A stretch of DNA of 64,000 nucleotides. Origin: the human T2T-CHM13v2.0 reference genome, Homo sapiens. The notes beneath the pieces are model-generated. The model saw only the letters and a list, made by a program, of their open reading frames with translations, did no database searches and was not told the origin of the DNA. This document shows positions 13,046 to 26,525 of the stretch, one piece after another; positions within the stretch are counted from its first letter, which is position 1; every line of letters starts with the position of its first letter. The stretch lies in NCBI RefSeq assembly GCF_009914755.1, contig NC_060931.1; one strand, 5' to 3'. The position numbers and the translations under genes are program-made.

Positions 13046-16000
13046 GAATTCTCAGTAAATTCTGTGTGTTGTGTGCATTCAACTCACAGAGTGGAACGTC
13101 CCTTTAGACAGAGCAGATTTGAAACACTCTTTTTGCGGAATTTGCAAGTGGAGATTTCTAGCCATTTGATGCCAACAGTAGAAAGGGAAATATCTTCAAA
13201 TAAAAACCAGACAGAATCATTCTCAGAAAATTCTTTGTGATGTGTGCGTTCAACTCACATAGTTTAACCTTTCTTTTCATAGAGCAGTTTGGAAACACTC
13301 TGTTTGTAAAGTCTGCAAGTGGATATATGGACCGCATTGAGGCCTTCGTTGGAAACGGGATTTCTTCATTTCATGCTAGACAGAAGAATTCTCAGTAACT
13401 TCTTTGTGCTGTGTGTATTCAACTCACAGAGTGGAACGTCCCTTTGCACAGAGCAGATTTGAAACACTCTTTTTGTGGAGTTTGCAAGTGGAGATTTCAA
13501 GCGATTTGATGCCAACAGTAGAAAAGGAAATATCTTCAAATAAAAACTAGACAGAATCATTCTCAGAAACTACTTTGTGATGTGTGCCTTCAACTCACAG
13601 AGTTCAACCTTTCTTTTCTTAGAGCAGTTTAGAAACACTCTGCTTGTTATGTCTGCAAGTGGATATTTGGACCTCTTTGAGGCCTTCGTTGCAAACGGGG
13701 TTTCTTCCTTTCATGCTAGACTAAGAAGAGTTCTCAGTAACTTTTTTGTGTTGTGTGTATTCAACTCACAGAGTTGAACCTTGCTTTAGAGAGAGCAGAT
13801 TTGAAACACTCTTGCTGTGGCATTTTCAGGTGGAGATTTCAAGCGATTTGAGGACAATTGCAGAAAAGGAAATATCTTCGTATAACAACCAGACAGAATC
13901 ATTCTCAGAAAGTGCTTTGTGATGTGTGCGTTCAACTCACAGAGTTTAACCTTTCTTTTCATAGAGGAGTTTGGAAACACACTGTTTGTAAAGTCTGCAA
14001 GTGGATACATGGACCTGTTTGAGGCCTTCGTTGGAAACGGGATTTCTTCATTGAATGCTAGACGGAAGAATTCTCAGTAAATTCTTTGTGTTGTGTGCAT
14101 TCAACTCACAGAGTGGAACGTCCCTTTAGACAGAGCAGATTTGAAACACTCTTTTTGCGGAATTTGCAAGTGGAGATTTCTAGCCATTTGATGCCAACAG
14201 TAGAAAGGGAAATATCTTCAAATAAAAACCAGACAGAATCATTCTCAGAAAATTCTTTGTGATGTGGGCGTTCAACTCACATAGTTTAACCTTTCTTTTC
14301 ATAGAGCAGTTTGGAAACACTCTGTTTGTAAAGTCTGCAAGTGGATATATGGACCGCATTGAGGCCTTCGTTGGAAACGGGATTTCTTCATTTCATGCTA
14401 GACAGAAGAATTCTCAGTAACTTCTTTGTGCTGTGTGTATTCAACTCACAGAGTGGAACGTCCCTTTGCACAGAGCAGATTTGAAACACTCTTTTTGTGG
14501 AGTTTGCAAGTGGAGATTTCAAGCGATTTGATGCCAACAGTAGAAAAGGAAATATCTTCAAATAAAAACTAGACAGAATCATTCTCAGAAACTACTTTGT
14601 GATGTGTGCCTTCAACTCACAGAGTTTAACCTTTCTTTTCTTAGAGCAGTTTAGAAACACTCTGCTTGTTACGTCTGCAAGTGGATATTTGGACCTCTTT
14701 GAGGCCTTCGTTGCAAACGGGGTTTCTTCCTTTCATGCTAGACTAAGAAGAGTTCTCAGTAACTTTTTTGTGTTGTGTGTATTCAACTCACAGAGTTGAA
14801 CCTTGCTTTAGAGAGAGCAGATTTGAAACACTCTTGCTGTGGCATTTTCAGGTGGAGATTTCAAGCGATTTGAGGACAATTGCAGAAAAGGAAATATCTT
14901 CGTATAATAACCAGACAGAATCATTCTCAGAAAGTGCTTTGTGATGTGTGCGTTCAACTCACAGAGTTTAACCTTTCTTTTCATAGAGGAGTTTGGAAAC
15001 ACACTGTTTGTAAAGTCTGCAAGTGGATATATGGACCTGTTTGAGGCCTTCGTTGGAAACGGGATTTCTTCATTGAATGCTAGACGGAAGAATTCTCAGT
15101 AAATTCTTTGTGTTGTGTGCATTCAACTCACAGAGTGGAACGTCCCTTTAGACAGAGCAGATTTGAAACACTCTTTTTGCGGAATTTGCAAGTGGAGATT
15201 TCTAGCCATTTGATGCCAACAGTAGAAAGGGAAATATCTTCAAATAAAAACCAGACAGAATCATTCTCAGAAAATTCTTTGTGATGTGTGCGTTCAACTC
15301 ACATAGTTTAACCTTTCTTTTCATAGAGCAGTTTGGAAACACTCTGTTTGTAAAGTCTGCAAGTGGATATATGGACCGCATTGAGGCCTTCGTTGGAAAC
15401 GGGATTTCTTCATTTCATGCTAGACAGAAGAATTCTCAGTAACTTCTTTGTGCTGTGTGTATTCAACTCACAGAGTGGAACGTCCCTTTGCACAGAGCAG
15501 ATTTGAAACACTCTTTTTGTGGAGTTTGCAAGTGGAGATTTCAAGCGATTTGATGCCAACAGTAGAAAAGGAAATATCTTCAAATAAAAACTAGACAGAA
15601 TCATTCTCAGAAACTACTTTGTGATGTGTGCCTTCAACTCACAGAGTTCAACCTTTCTTTTCTTAGAGCAGTTTAGAAACACTCTGCTTGTTATGTCTGC
15701 AAGTGGATATTTGGACCTCTTTGAGGCCTTCGTTGCAAACGGGGTTTCTTCCTTTCATGCTAGACTAAGAAGAGTTCTCAGTAACTTTTTTGTGTTGTGT
15801 GTATTCAACTCACAGAGTTGAACCTTGCTTTAGAGAGAGCAGATTTGAAACACTCTTGCTGTGGCATTTTCAGGTGGAGATTTCAAGAGATTTGAGGACA
15901 ATTGCAGAAAAGGAAATATCTTCGTATAATAACCAGACAGAATCATTCTCAGAAAGTGCTTTGTGATGTGTGCGTTCAACTCACAGAGTTTAACCTTTCT

Positions 16001-19000
16001 TTTCATAGAGGAGTTTGGAAACACACTGTTTGTAAAGACTGCAAGTGGATATATGGACCTGTTTGAGGCCTTCGTTGGAAACGGGATTTCTTCATTGAAT
16101 GCTAGACGGAAGAATTCTCAGTAAATTCTTTGTGTTGTGTGCATTCAACTCACAGAGTGGAACGTCCCTTTAGACACAGCAGATTTGAAACACTCTTTTT
16201 GCGGAATTTGCAAGTGGAGATTTCTAGCCATTTGATGCCAACAGTAGAAAGGGAAATATCTTCAAATAAAAACCAGACAGAATCATTCTCAGAAAATTCT
16301 TTGTGATGTGTGCGTTCAACTCACATAGTTTAACCTTTCTTTTCATAGAGCAGTTTGGAAACACTCTGTTTGTAAAGTCTGCAAGTGGATATATGGACCG
16401 CATTGAGGCCTTCGTTGGAAACGGGATTTCTTCATTTCATGCTAGACAGAAGAATTCTCAGTAACTTCTTTGTGCTGTGTGTATTCAACTCACAGAGTGG
16501 AACGTCCCTTTGCACAGAGCAGATTTGAAACACTCTTTTTGTGGAGTTTGCAAGTGGAGATTTCAAGCGATTTGATGCCAACAGTAGAAAAGGAAATATC
16601 TTCAAATAAAAACTAGACAGAATCATTCTCAGAAACTACTTTGTGATGTGTGCCTTCAACTCACAGAGTTCAACCTTTCTTTTCTTAGAGCAGTTTAGAA
16701 ACACTCTGCTTGTTATGTCTGCAAGTGGATATTTGGACCTCTTTGAGGCCTTCGTTGCAAACGGGGTTTCTTCCTTTCATGCTAGACTAAGATGAGTTCT
16801 CAGTAACTTTTTTGTGTTGTGTGTATTCAACTCACAGAGTTGAACCTTGCTTTAGAGAGAGCAGATTTGAAACACTCTTGCTGTGGCATTTTCAGGTGGA
16901 GATTTCAAGCGATTTGAGGACAATTGCAGAAAAGGAAATATCTTCGTATAATAACCAGACAGAATCATTCTCAGAAAGTGCTTTGTGATGTGTGCGTTCA
17001 ACTCACAGAGTTTAACCTTTCTTTTCATAGAGGAGTTTGGAAACACACTGTTTGTAAAGTCTGCAAGTGGATACATGGACCTGTTTGAGGCCTTCGTTGG
17101 AAACGGGATTTCTTCATTGAATGCTAGACGGAAGAATTCTCAGTAAATTCTTTGTGTTGTGTGCATTCAACTCACAGAGTGGAACGTCCCTTTAGACAGA
17201 GCAGATTTGAAACACTCTTTTTGCGGAATTTGCAAGTGGAGATTTCTAGCCATTTGATGCCAACAGTAGAAAGGGAAATATCTTCAAATAAAAACCAGAC
17301 AGAATCATTCTCAGAAAATTCTTTGTGATGTGTGCGTTCAACTCACATAGTTTAACCTTTCTTTTCATAGAGCAGTTTGGAAACACTCTGTTTGTAAAGT
17401 CTGCAAGTGGATATATGGACCGCATTGAGGCCTTCGTTGGAAACGGGATTTCTTCATTTCATGCTAGACAGAAGAATTCTCAGTAACTTCTTTGTGCTGT
17501 GTGTATTCAACTCACAGAGTGGAACGTCCCTTTGCACAGAGCAGATTTGAAACACTCTTTTTGTGGAGTTTGCAAGTGGAGATTTCAAGCGATTTGATGC
17601 CAACAGTAGAAAAGGAAATATCTTCAAATAAAAACTAGACAGAATCATTCTCAGAAACTACTTTGTGATGTGTGCCTTCAACTCACAGAGTTCAACCTTT
17701 CTTTTCTTAGAGCAGTTTAGAAACACTCTGCTTGTTATGTCTGCAAGTGGATATTTGGACCTCTTTGAGGCCTTCGTTGCAAACGGGGTTTCTTCCTTTC
17801 ATGCTAGACTAAGAAGAGTTCTCAGTAACTTTTTTGTGTTGTGTGTATTCAACTCACAGAGTTGAACCTTGCTTTAGAGAGAGCAGATTTGAAACACTCT
17901 TGCTGTGGCATTTTCAGGTGGAGATTTCAAGCGATTTGAGGACAATTGCAGAAAAGGAAATATCTTCGTATAATAACCAGACAGAATCATTCTCAGAAAG
18001 TGCTTTGTGATGTGTGCGTTCAACTCACAGAGTTTAACCTTTCTTTTCATAGAGGAGTTTGGAAACACACTGTTTGTAAAGTCTGCAAGTGGATACATGG
18101 ACCTGTTTGAGGCCTTCGTTGGAAACGGGATTTCTTCATTGAATGCTAGACGGAAGAATTCTCAGTAAATTCTTTGTGTTGTGTGCATTCAACTCACAGA
18201 GTGGAACGTCCCTTTAGACAGAGCAGATTTGAAACACTCTTTTTGCGGAATTTGCAAGTGGAGATTTCTAGCCATTTGATGCCAACAGTAGAAAGGGAAA
18301 TATCTTCAAATAAAAACCAGACAGAATCATTCTCAGAAAATTCTTTGTGATGTGTGCGTTCAACTCACATAGTTTAACCTTTCTTTTCATAGAGCAGTTT
18401 GGAAACACTCTGTTTGTAAAGTCTGCAAGTGGATATATGGACCGCATTGAGGCCTTCGTTGGAAACGGGATTTCTTCATTTCATGCTAGACAGAAGAATT
18501 CTCAGTAACTTCTTTGTGCTGTGTGTATTCAACTCACAGAGTGGAACGTCCCTTTGCACAGAGCAGATTTGAAACACTCTTTTTGTGGAGTTTGCAAGTG
18601 GAGATTTCAAGCGATTTGATGCCAACAGTAGAAAAGGAAATATCTTCAAATAAAAACTAGACAGAATCATTCTCAGAAACTACTTTGTGATGTGTGCCTT
18701 CAACTCACAGAGTTCAACCTTTCTTTTCTTAGAGCAGTTTAGAAACACTCTGCTTGTTATGTCTGCAAGTGGATATTTGGACCTCTTTGAGGCCTTCGTT
18801 GCAAACGGGGTTTCTTCCTTTCATGCTAGACTAAGAAGAGTTCTCAGTAACTTTTTTGTGTTGTGTGTATTCAACTCACAGAGTTGAACCTTGCTTTAGA
18901 GAGAGCAGATTTGAAACACTCTTGCTGTGGCATTTTCAGGTGGAGATTTCAAGCGATTTGAGGACAATTGCAGAAAAGGAAATATCTTCGTATAATAACC

Positions 19001-19135
19001 AGACAGAATCATTCTCAGAAAGTGCTTTGTGATGTGTGCGTTCAACTCACAGAGTTTAACCTTTCTTTTCATAGAGGAGTTTGGAAACACACTGTTTGTA
19101 AAGTCTGCAAGTGGATACATGGACCTGTTTGAGGC

Positions 19136-19152
19136 CATCGTTGGAAACGGGA
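19136..19152 (+). promoter_or_regulatory. Mutated CENP-B box (core T>A at 19137), probably non-binding
   Basis: CATCGTTGGAAACGGGA: TTCG has become ATCG. The change also creates the unique 80-aa ORF variant 18896..19138. Confidence 0.85.
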
Positions 19153-20199
19153 TTTCTTCATTGAATGCTAGACGGAAGAATTCTCAGTAAATTCTTTGTG
19201 TTGTGTGCATTCAACTCACAGAGTGGAACGTCCCTTTAGACAGAGCAGATTTGAAACACTCTTTTTGCGGAATTTGCAAGTGGAGATTTCTAGCCATTTG
19301 ATGCCAACAGTAGAAAGGGAAATATCTTCAAATAAAAACCAGACAGAATCATTCTCAGAAAATTCTTTGTGATGTGTGCGTTCAACTCACATAGTTTAAC
19401 CTTTCTTTTCATAGAGCAGTTTGGAAACACTCTGTTTGTAAAGTCTGCAAGTGGATATATGGACCGCATTGAGGCCTTCGTTGGAAACGGGATTTCTTCA
19501 TTTCATGCTAGACAGAAGAATTCTCAGTAACTTCTTTGTGCTGTGTGTATTCAACTCACAGAGTGGAACGTCCCTTTGCACAGAGCAGATTTGAAACACT
19601 CTTTTTGTGGAGTTTGCAAGTGGAGATTTCAAGCGATTTGATGCCAACAGTAGAAAAGGAAATATCTTCAAATAAAAACTAGACAGAATCATTCTCAGAA
19701 ACTACTTTGTGATGTGTGCCTTCAACTCACAGAGTTCAACCTTTCTTTTCTTAGAGCAGTTTAGAAACATTCTGCTTGTTATGTCTGCAAGTGGATATTT
19801 GGACCTCTTTGAGGCCTTCGTTGCAAACGGGGTTTCTTCCTTTCATGCTAGACTAAGAAGAGTTCTCAGTAACTTTTTTGTGTTGTGTGTATTCAACTCA
19901 CAGAGTTGAACCTTGCTTTAGAGAGAGCAGATTTGAAACACTCTTGCTGTGGCATTTTCAGGTGGAGATTTCAAGCGATTTGAGGACAATTGCAGAAAAG
20001 GAAATATCTTCGTATAATAACCAGACAGAATCATTCTCAGAAAGTGCTTTGTGATGTGTGCGTTCAACTCACAGAGTTTAACCTTTCTTTTCATAGAGGA
20101 GTTTGGAAACACACTGTTTGTAAAGTCTGCAAGTGGATACATGGACCTGTTTGAGGCCTTCGTTGGAAACGGGATTTCTTCATTGAATGCTAGACGGAA

Positions 20200-20881
20200 G
20201 AATTCTCAGTAAATTCTTTGTGTTGTGTGCATTCAACTCACAGAGTGGAACGTCCCTTTAGACAGAGCAGATTTGAAACACTCTTTTTGCGGAATCTGCA
20301 AGTGGAGATTTCTAGCCATTTGATGCCAACAGTAGAAAGGGAAATATCTTCAAATAAAAACTAGACAAAATCATTCTCAGAAAATTCTTTGTGATGTGTG
20401 CCTTCAACTCACAGAGTTTAACCTTTCTTTTCTTAGAGCAGTTTAGAAACACTCTGCTTGTTACGTCTGCAAGTGGATATTTGGACCTCTTTGAGGCCTT
20501 CGTTGCAAACGGGGTTTCTTCCTTTCATGCTAGACTAAGAAGAGTTCTCAGTAACTTTTTTGTGTTGTGTGTATTCAACTCACAGAGTTGAACCTTGCTT
20601 TAGAGAGAGCAGATTTGAAACACTCTTGCTGTGGCATTTTCAGGTGGAGATTTCAAGCGATTTGAGGACAATTGCAGAAAAGGAAATATCTTCGTATAAT
20701 AACCAGACAGAATCATTCTCAGAAAGTGCTTTGTGATGTGTGCGTTCAACTCACAGAGTTTAACCTTTCTTTTCATAGAGGAGTTTGGAAACACACTGTT
20801 TGTAAAGACTGCAAGTGGATATATGGACCTGTTTGAGGCCTTCGTTGGAAACGGGATTTCTTCATTGAATGCTAGACGGAA
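20200..20881 (+). repeat. 682-bp 4-monomer HOR structural variant, copy 2
   Basis: Equivalent EcoRI sites at 20200 and 20882. Same junction and private SNVs as copy 1 at offset 7836. Confidence 0.95.
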
Positions 20882-23800
20882 GAATTCTCAGTAAATTCTG
20901 TGTGTTGTGTGCATTCAACTCACAGAGTGGAACGTCCCTTTAGACAGAGCAGATTTGAAACACTCTTTTTGCGGAATTTGCAAGTGGAGATTTCTAGCCA
21001 TTTGATGCCAACAGTAGAAAGGGAAATATCTTCAAATAAAAACCAGACAGAATCATTCTCAGAAAATTCTTTGTGATGTGTGCGTTCAACTCACATAGTT
21101 TAACCTTTCTTTTCATAGAGCAGTTTGGAAACACTCTGTTTGTAAAGTCTGCAAGTGGATATATGGACCGCATTGAGGCCTTCGTTGGAAACGGGATTTC
21201 TTCATTTCATGCTAGACAGAAGAATTCTCAGTAACTTCTTTGTGCTGTGTGTATTCAACTCACAGAGTGGAACGTCCCTTTGCACAGAGCAGATTTGAAA
21301 CACTCTTTTTGTGGAGTTTGCAAGTGGAGATTTCAAGCGATTTGATGCCAACAGTAGAAAAGGAAATATCTTCAAATAAAAACTAGACAGAATCATTCTC
21401 AGAAACTACTTTGTGATGTGTGCCTTCAACTCACAGAGTTCAACCTTTCTTTTCTTAGAGCAGTTTAGAAACACTCTGCTTGTTATGTCTGCAAGTGGAT
21501 ATTTGGACCTCTTTGAGGCCTTCGTTGCAAACGGGGTTTCTTCCTTTCATGCTAGACTAAGAAGAGTTCTCAGTAACTTTTTTGTGTTGTGTGTATTCAA
21601 CTCACAGAGTTGAACCTTGCTTTAGAGAGAGCAGATTTGAAACACTCTTGCTGTGGCATTTTCAGGTGGAGATTTCAAGCGATTTGAGGACAATTGCAGA
21701 AAAGGAAATATCTTCGTATAACAACCAGACAGAATCATTCTCAGAAAGTGCTTTGTGATGTGTGCGTTCAACTCACAGAGTTTAACCTTTCTTTTCATAG
21801 AGGAGTTTGGAAACACACTGTTTGTAAAGTCTGCAAGTGGATACATGGACCTGTTTGAGGCCTTCGTTGGAAACGGGATTTCTTCATTGAATGCTAGACG
21901 GAAGAATTCTCAGTAAATTCTTTGTGTTGTGTGCATTCAACTCACAGAGTGGAACGTCCCTTTAGACAGAGCAGATTTGAAACACTCTTTTTGCGGAATT
22001 TGCAAGTGGAGATTTCTAGCCATTTGATGCCAACAGTAGAAAGGGAAATATCTTCAAATAAAAACCAGACAGAATCATTCTCAGAAAATTCTTTGTGATG
22101 TGGGCGTTCAACTCACATAGTTTAACCTTTCTTTTCATAGAGCAGTTTGGAAACACTCTGTTTGTAAAGTCTGCAAGTGGATATATGGACCGCATTGAGG
22201 CCTTCGTTGGAAACGGGATTTCTTCATTTCATGCTAGACAGAAGAATTCTCAGTAACTTCTTTGTGCTGTGTGTATTCAACTCACAGAGTGGAACGTCCC
22301 TTTGCACAGAGCAGATTTGAAACACTCTTTTTGTGGAGTTTGCAAGTGGAGATTTCAAGCGATTTGATGCCAACAGTAGAAAAGGAAATATCTTCAAATA
22401 AAAACTAGACAGAATCATTCTCAGAAACTACTTTGTGATGTGTGCCTTCAACTCACAGAGTTTAACCTTTCTTTTCTTAGAGCAGTTTAGAAACACTCTG
22501 CTTGTTACGTCTGCAAGTGGATATTTGGACCTCTTTGAGGCCTTCGTTGCAAACGGGGTTTCTTCCTTTCATGCTAGACTAAGAAGAGTTCTCAGTAACT
22601 TTTTTGTGTTGTGTGTATTCAACTCACAGAGTTGAACCTTGCTTTAGAGAGAGCAGATTTGAAACACTCTTGCTGTGGCATTTTCAGGTGGAGATTTCAA
22701 GCGATTTGAGGACAATTGCAGAAAAGGAAATATCTTCGTATAATAACCAGACAGAATCATTCTCAGAAAGTGCTTTGTGATGTGTGCGTTCAACTCACAG
22801 AGTTTAACCTTTCTTTTCATAGAGGAGTTTGGAAACACACTGTTTGTAAAGTCTGCAAGTGGATATATGGACCTGTTTGAGGCCTTCGTTGGAAACGGGA
22901 TTTCTTCATTGAATGCTAGACGGAAGAATTCTCAGTAAATTCTTTGTGTTGTGTGCATTCAACTCACAGAGTGGAACGTCCCTTTAGACAGAGCAGATTT
23001 GAAACACTCTTTTTGCGGAATTTGCAAGTGGAGATTTCTAGCCATTTGATGCCAACAGTAGAAAGGGAAATATCTTCAAATAAAAACCAGACAGAATCAT
23101 TCTCAGCAAATTCTTTGTGATGTGTGCGTTCAACTCACATAGTTTAACCTTTCTTTTCATAGAGCAGTTTGGAAACACTCTGTTTGTAAAGTCTGCAAGT
23201 GGATATATGGACCGCATTGAGGCCTTCGTTGGAAACGGGATTTCTTCATTTCATGCTAGACAGAAGAATTCTCAGTAACTTCTTTGTGCTGTGTGTATTC
23301 AACTCACAGAGTGGAACGTCCCTTTGCACAGAGCAGATTTGAAACACTCTTTTTGTGGAGTTTGCAAGTGGAGATTTCAAGCGATTTGATGCCAACAGTA
23401 GAAAAGGAAATATCTTCAAATAAAAACTAGACAGAATCATTCTCAGAAACTACTTTGTGATGTGTGCCTTCAACTCACAGAGTTTAACCTTTCTTTTCTT
23501 AGAGCAGTTTAGAAACACTCTGCTTGTTATGTCTGCAAGTGGATATTTGGACCTCTTTGAGGCCTTCGTTGCAAACGGGGTTTCTTCCTTTCATGCTAGA
23601 CTAAGAAGAGTTCTCAGTAACTTTTTTGTGTTGTGTGTATTCAACTCACAGAGTTGAACCTTGCTTTAGAGAGAGCAGATTTGAAACACTCTTGCTGTGG
23701 CATTTTCAGGTGGAGATTTCAAGCGATTTGAGGACAATTGCAGAAAAGGAAATATCTTCGTATAATAACCAGACAGAATCATTCTCAGAAAGTGCTTTGT

Positions 23801-26525
23801 GATGTGTGCGTTCAACTCACAGAGTTTAACCTTTCTTTTCATAGAGGAGTTTGGAAACACAGTTTGTAAAGTCTGCAAGTGGATATATGGACCTGTTTGA
23901 GGCCTTCGTTGGAAACGGGATTTCTTCATTGAATGCTAGACGGAAGAATTCTCAGTAAATTCTTTGTGTTGTGTGCATTCAACTCACAGAGTGGAACGTC
24001 CCTTTAGACAGAGCAGATTTGAAACACTCTTTTTGCGGAATTTGCAAGTGGAGATTTCTAGCCATTTGATGCCAACAGTAGAAAGGGAAATATCTTCAAA
24101 TAAAAACCAGACAGAATCATTCTCAGAAAATTCTTTGTGATGTGTGCGTTCAACTCACATAGTTTAACCTTTCTTTTCATAGAGCAGTTTGGAAACACTC
24201 TGTTTGTAAAGTCTGCAAGTGGATATATGGACCGCATTGAGGCCTTCGTTGGAAACGGGATTTCTTCATTTCATGCTAGACAGAAGAATTCTCAGTAACT
24301 TCTTTGTGCTGTGTGTATTCAACTCACAGAGTGGAACGTCCCTTTGCACAGAGCAGATTTGAAACACTCTTTTTGTGGAGTTTGCAAGTGGAGATTTCAA
24401 GCGATTTGATGCCAACAGTAGAAAAGGAAATATCTTCAAATAAAAACTAGACAGAATCATTCTCAGAAACTACTTTGTGATGTGTGCCTTCAACTCACAG
24501 AGTTTAACCTTTCTTTTCTTAGAGCCGTTTAGAAACACTGCTTGTTATGTCTGCAAGTGGATATTTGGACCTCTTTGAGGCCTTCGTTGCAAACGGGGTT
24601 TCTTCCTTTCATGCTAGACTAAGAAGAGTTCTCAGTAACTTTTTTGTGTTGTGTGTATTCAACTCACAGAGTTGAACCTTGCTTTAGAGAGAGCAGATTT
24701 GAAACACTCTTGCTGTGGCATTTTCAGGTGGAGATTTCAAGCGATTTGAGGACAATTGCAGAAAAGGGAATATCTTCGTATAATAACCAGACAGAATCAT
24801 TCTCAGAAAGTGCTTTGTGATGTGTGCGTTCAACTCACAGAGTTTAACCTTTCTTTTCATAGAGGAGTTTGGAAACACACTGTTTGTAAAGTCTGCAAGT
24901 GGATACATGGACCTGTTTGAGGCCTTCGTTGGAAACGGGATTTCTTCATTGAATGCTAGACGGAAGAATTCTCAGTAAATTCTTTGTGTTGTGTGCATTC
25001 AACTCACAGAGTGGAACGTCCCTTTAGACAGAGCAGATTTGAAACACTCTTTTTGCGGAATTTGCAAGTGGAGATTTCTAGCCATTTGATGCCAACAGTA
25101 GAAAGGGAAATATCTTCAAATAAAAACCAGACAGAATCATTCTCAGAAAATTCTTTGTGATGTGTGCGTTCAACTCACATAGTTTAACCTTTCTTTTCAT
25201 AGAGCAGTTTGGAAACACTCTGTTTGTAAAGTCTGCAAGTGGATATATGGACCGCATTGAGGCCTTCGTTGGAAACGGGATTTCTTCATTTCATGCTAGA
25301 CAGAAGAATTCTCAGTAACTTCTTTGTGCTGTGTGTATTCAACTCACAGAGTGGAACGTCCCTTTGCACAGAGCAGATTTGAAACACTCTTTTTGTGGAG
25401 TTTGCAAGTGGAGATTTCAAGCGATTTGATGCCAACAGTAGAAAAGGAAATATCTTCAAATAAAAACTAGACAGAATCATTCTCAGAAACTACTTTGTGA
25501 TGTGTGCCTTCAACTCACAGAGTTTAACCTTTCTTTTCTTAGAGCAGTTTAGAAACACTCTGCTTGTTATGTCTGCAAGCGGATATTTGGACCTCTTTGA
25601 GGCCTTCGTTGCAAACGGGGTTTCTTCCTTTCATGCTAGACTAAGAAGAGTTCTCAGTAACTTTTTTGTGTTGTGTGTATTCAACTCACAGAGTTGAACC
25701 TTGCTTTAGAGAGAGCAGATTTGAAACACTCTTGCTGTGGCATTTTCAGGTGGAGATTTCAAGCGATTTGAGGACAATTGCAGAAAAGGAAATATCTTCG
25801 TATAATAACCAGACAGAATCATTCTCAGAAAGTGCTTTGTGATGTGTGCGTTCAACTCACAGAGTTTAACCTTTCTTTTCATAGAGGAGTTTGGAAACAC
25901 ACTGTTTGTAAAGTCTGCAAGTGGATACATGGACCTGTTTGAGGCCTTCGTTGGAAACGGGATTTCTTCATTGAATGCTAGACGGAAGAATTCTCAGTAA
26001 ATTCTTTGTGTTGTGTGCATTCAACTCACAGAGTGGAACGTCCCTTTAGACAGAGCAGATTTGAAACACTCTTTTTGCGGAATTTGCAAGTGGAGATATC
26101 TAGCCATTTGATGCCAACAGTAGAAAGGGAAATATCTTCAAATAAAAACCAGACAGAATCATTCTCAGAAAATTCTTTGTGATGTGTGCGTTCAACTCAC
26201 ATAGTTTAACCTTTCTTTTCATAGAGCAGTTTGGAAACACTCTGTTTGTAAAGTCTGCAAGTGGATATATGGACCGCATTGAGGCCTTCGTTGGAAACGG
26301 GATTTCTTCATTTCATGCTAGACAGAAGAATTCTCAGTAACTTCTTTGTGCTGTGTGTATTCAACTCACAGAGTGGAACGTCCCTTTGCACAGAGCAGAT
26401 TTGAAACACTCTTTTTGTGGAGTTTGCAAGTGGAGATTTCAAGCGATTTGATGCCAACAGTAGAAAAGGAAATATCTTCAAATAAAAACTAGACAGAATC
26501 ATTCTCAGAAACTACTTTGTGATGT

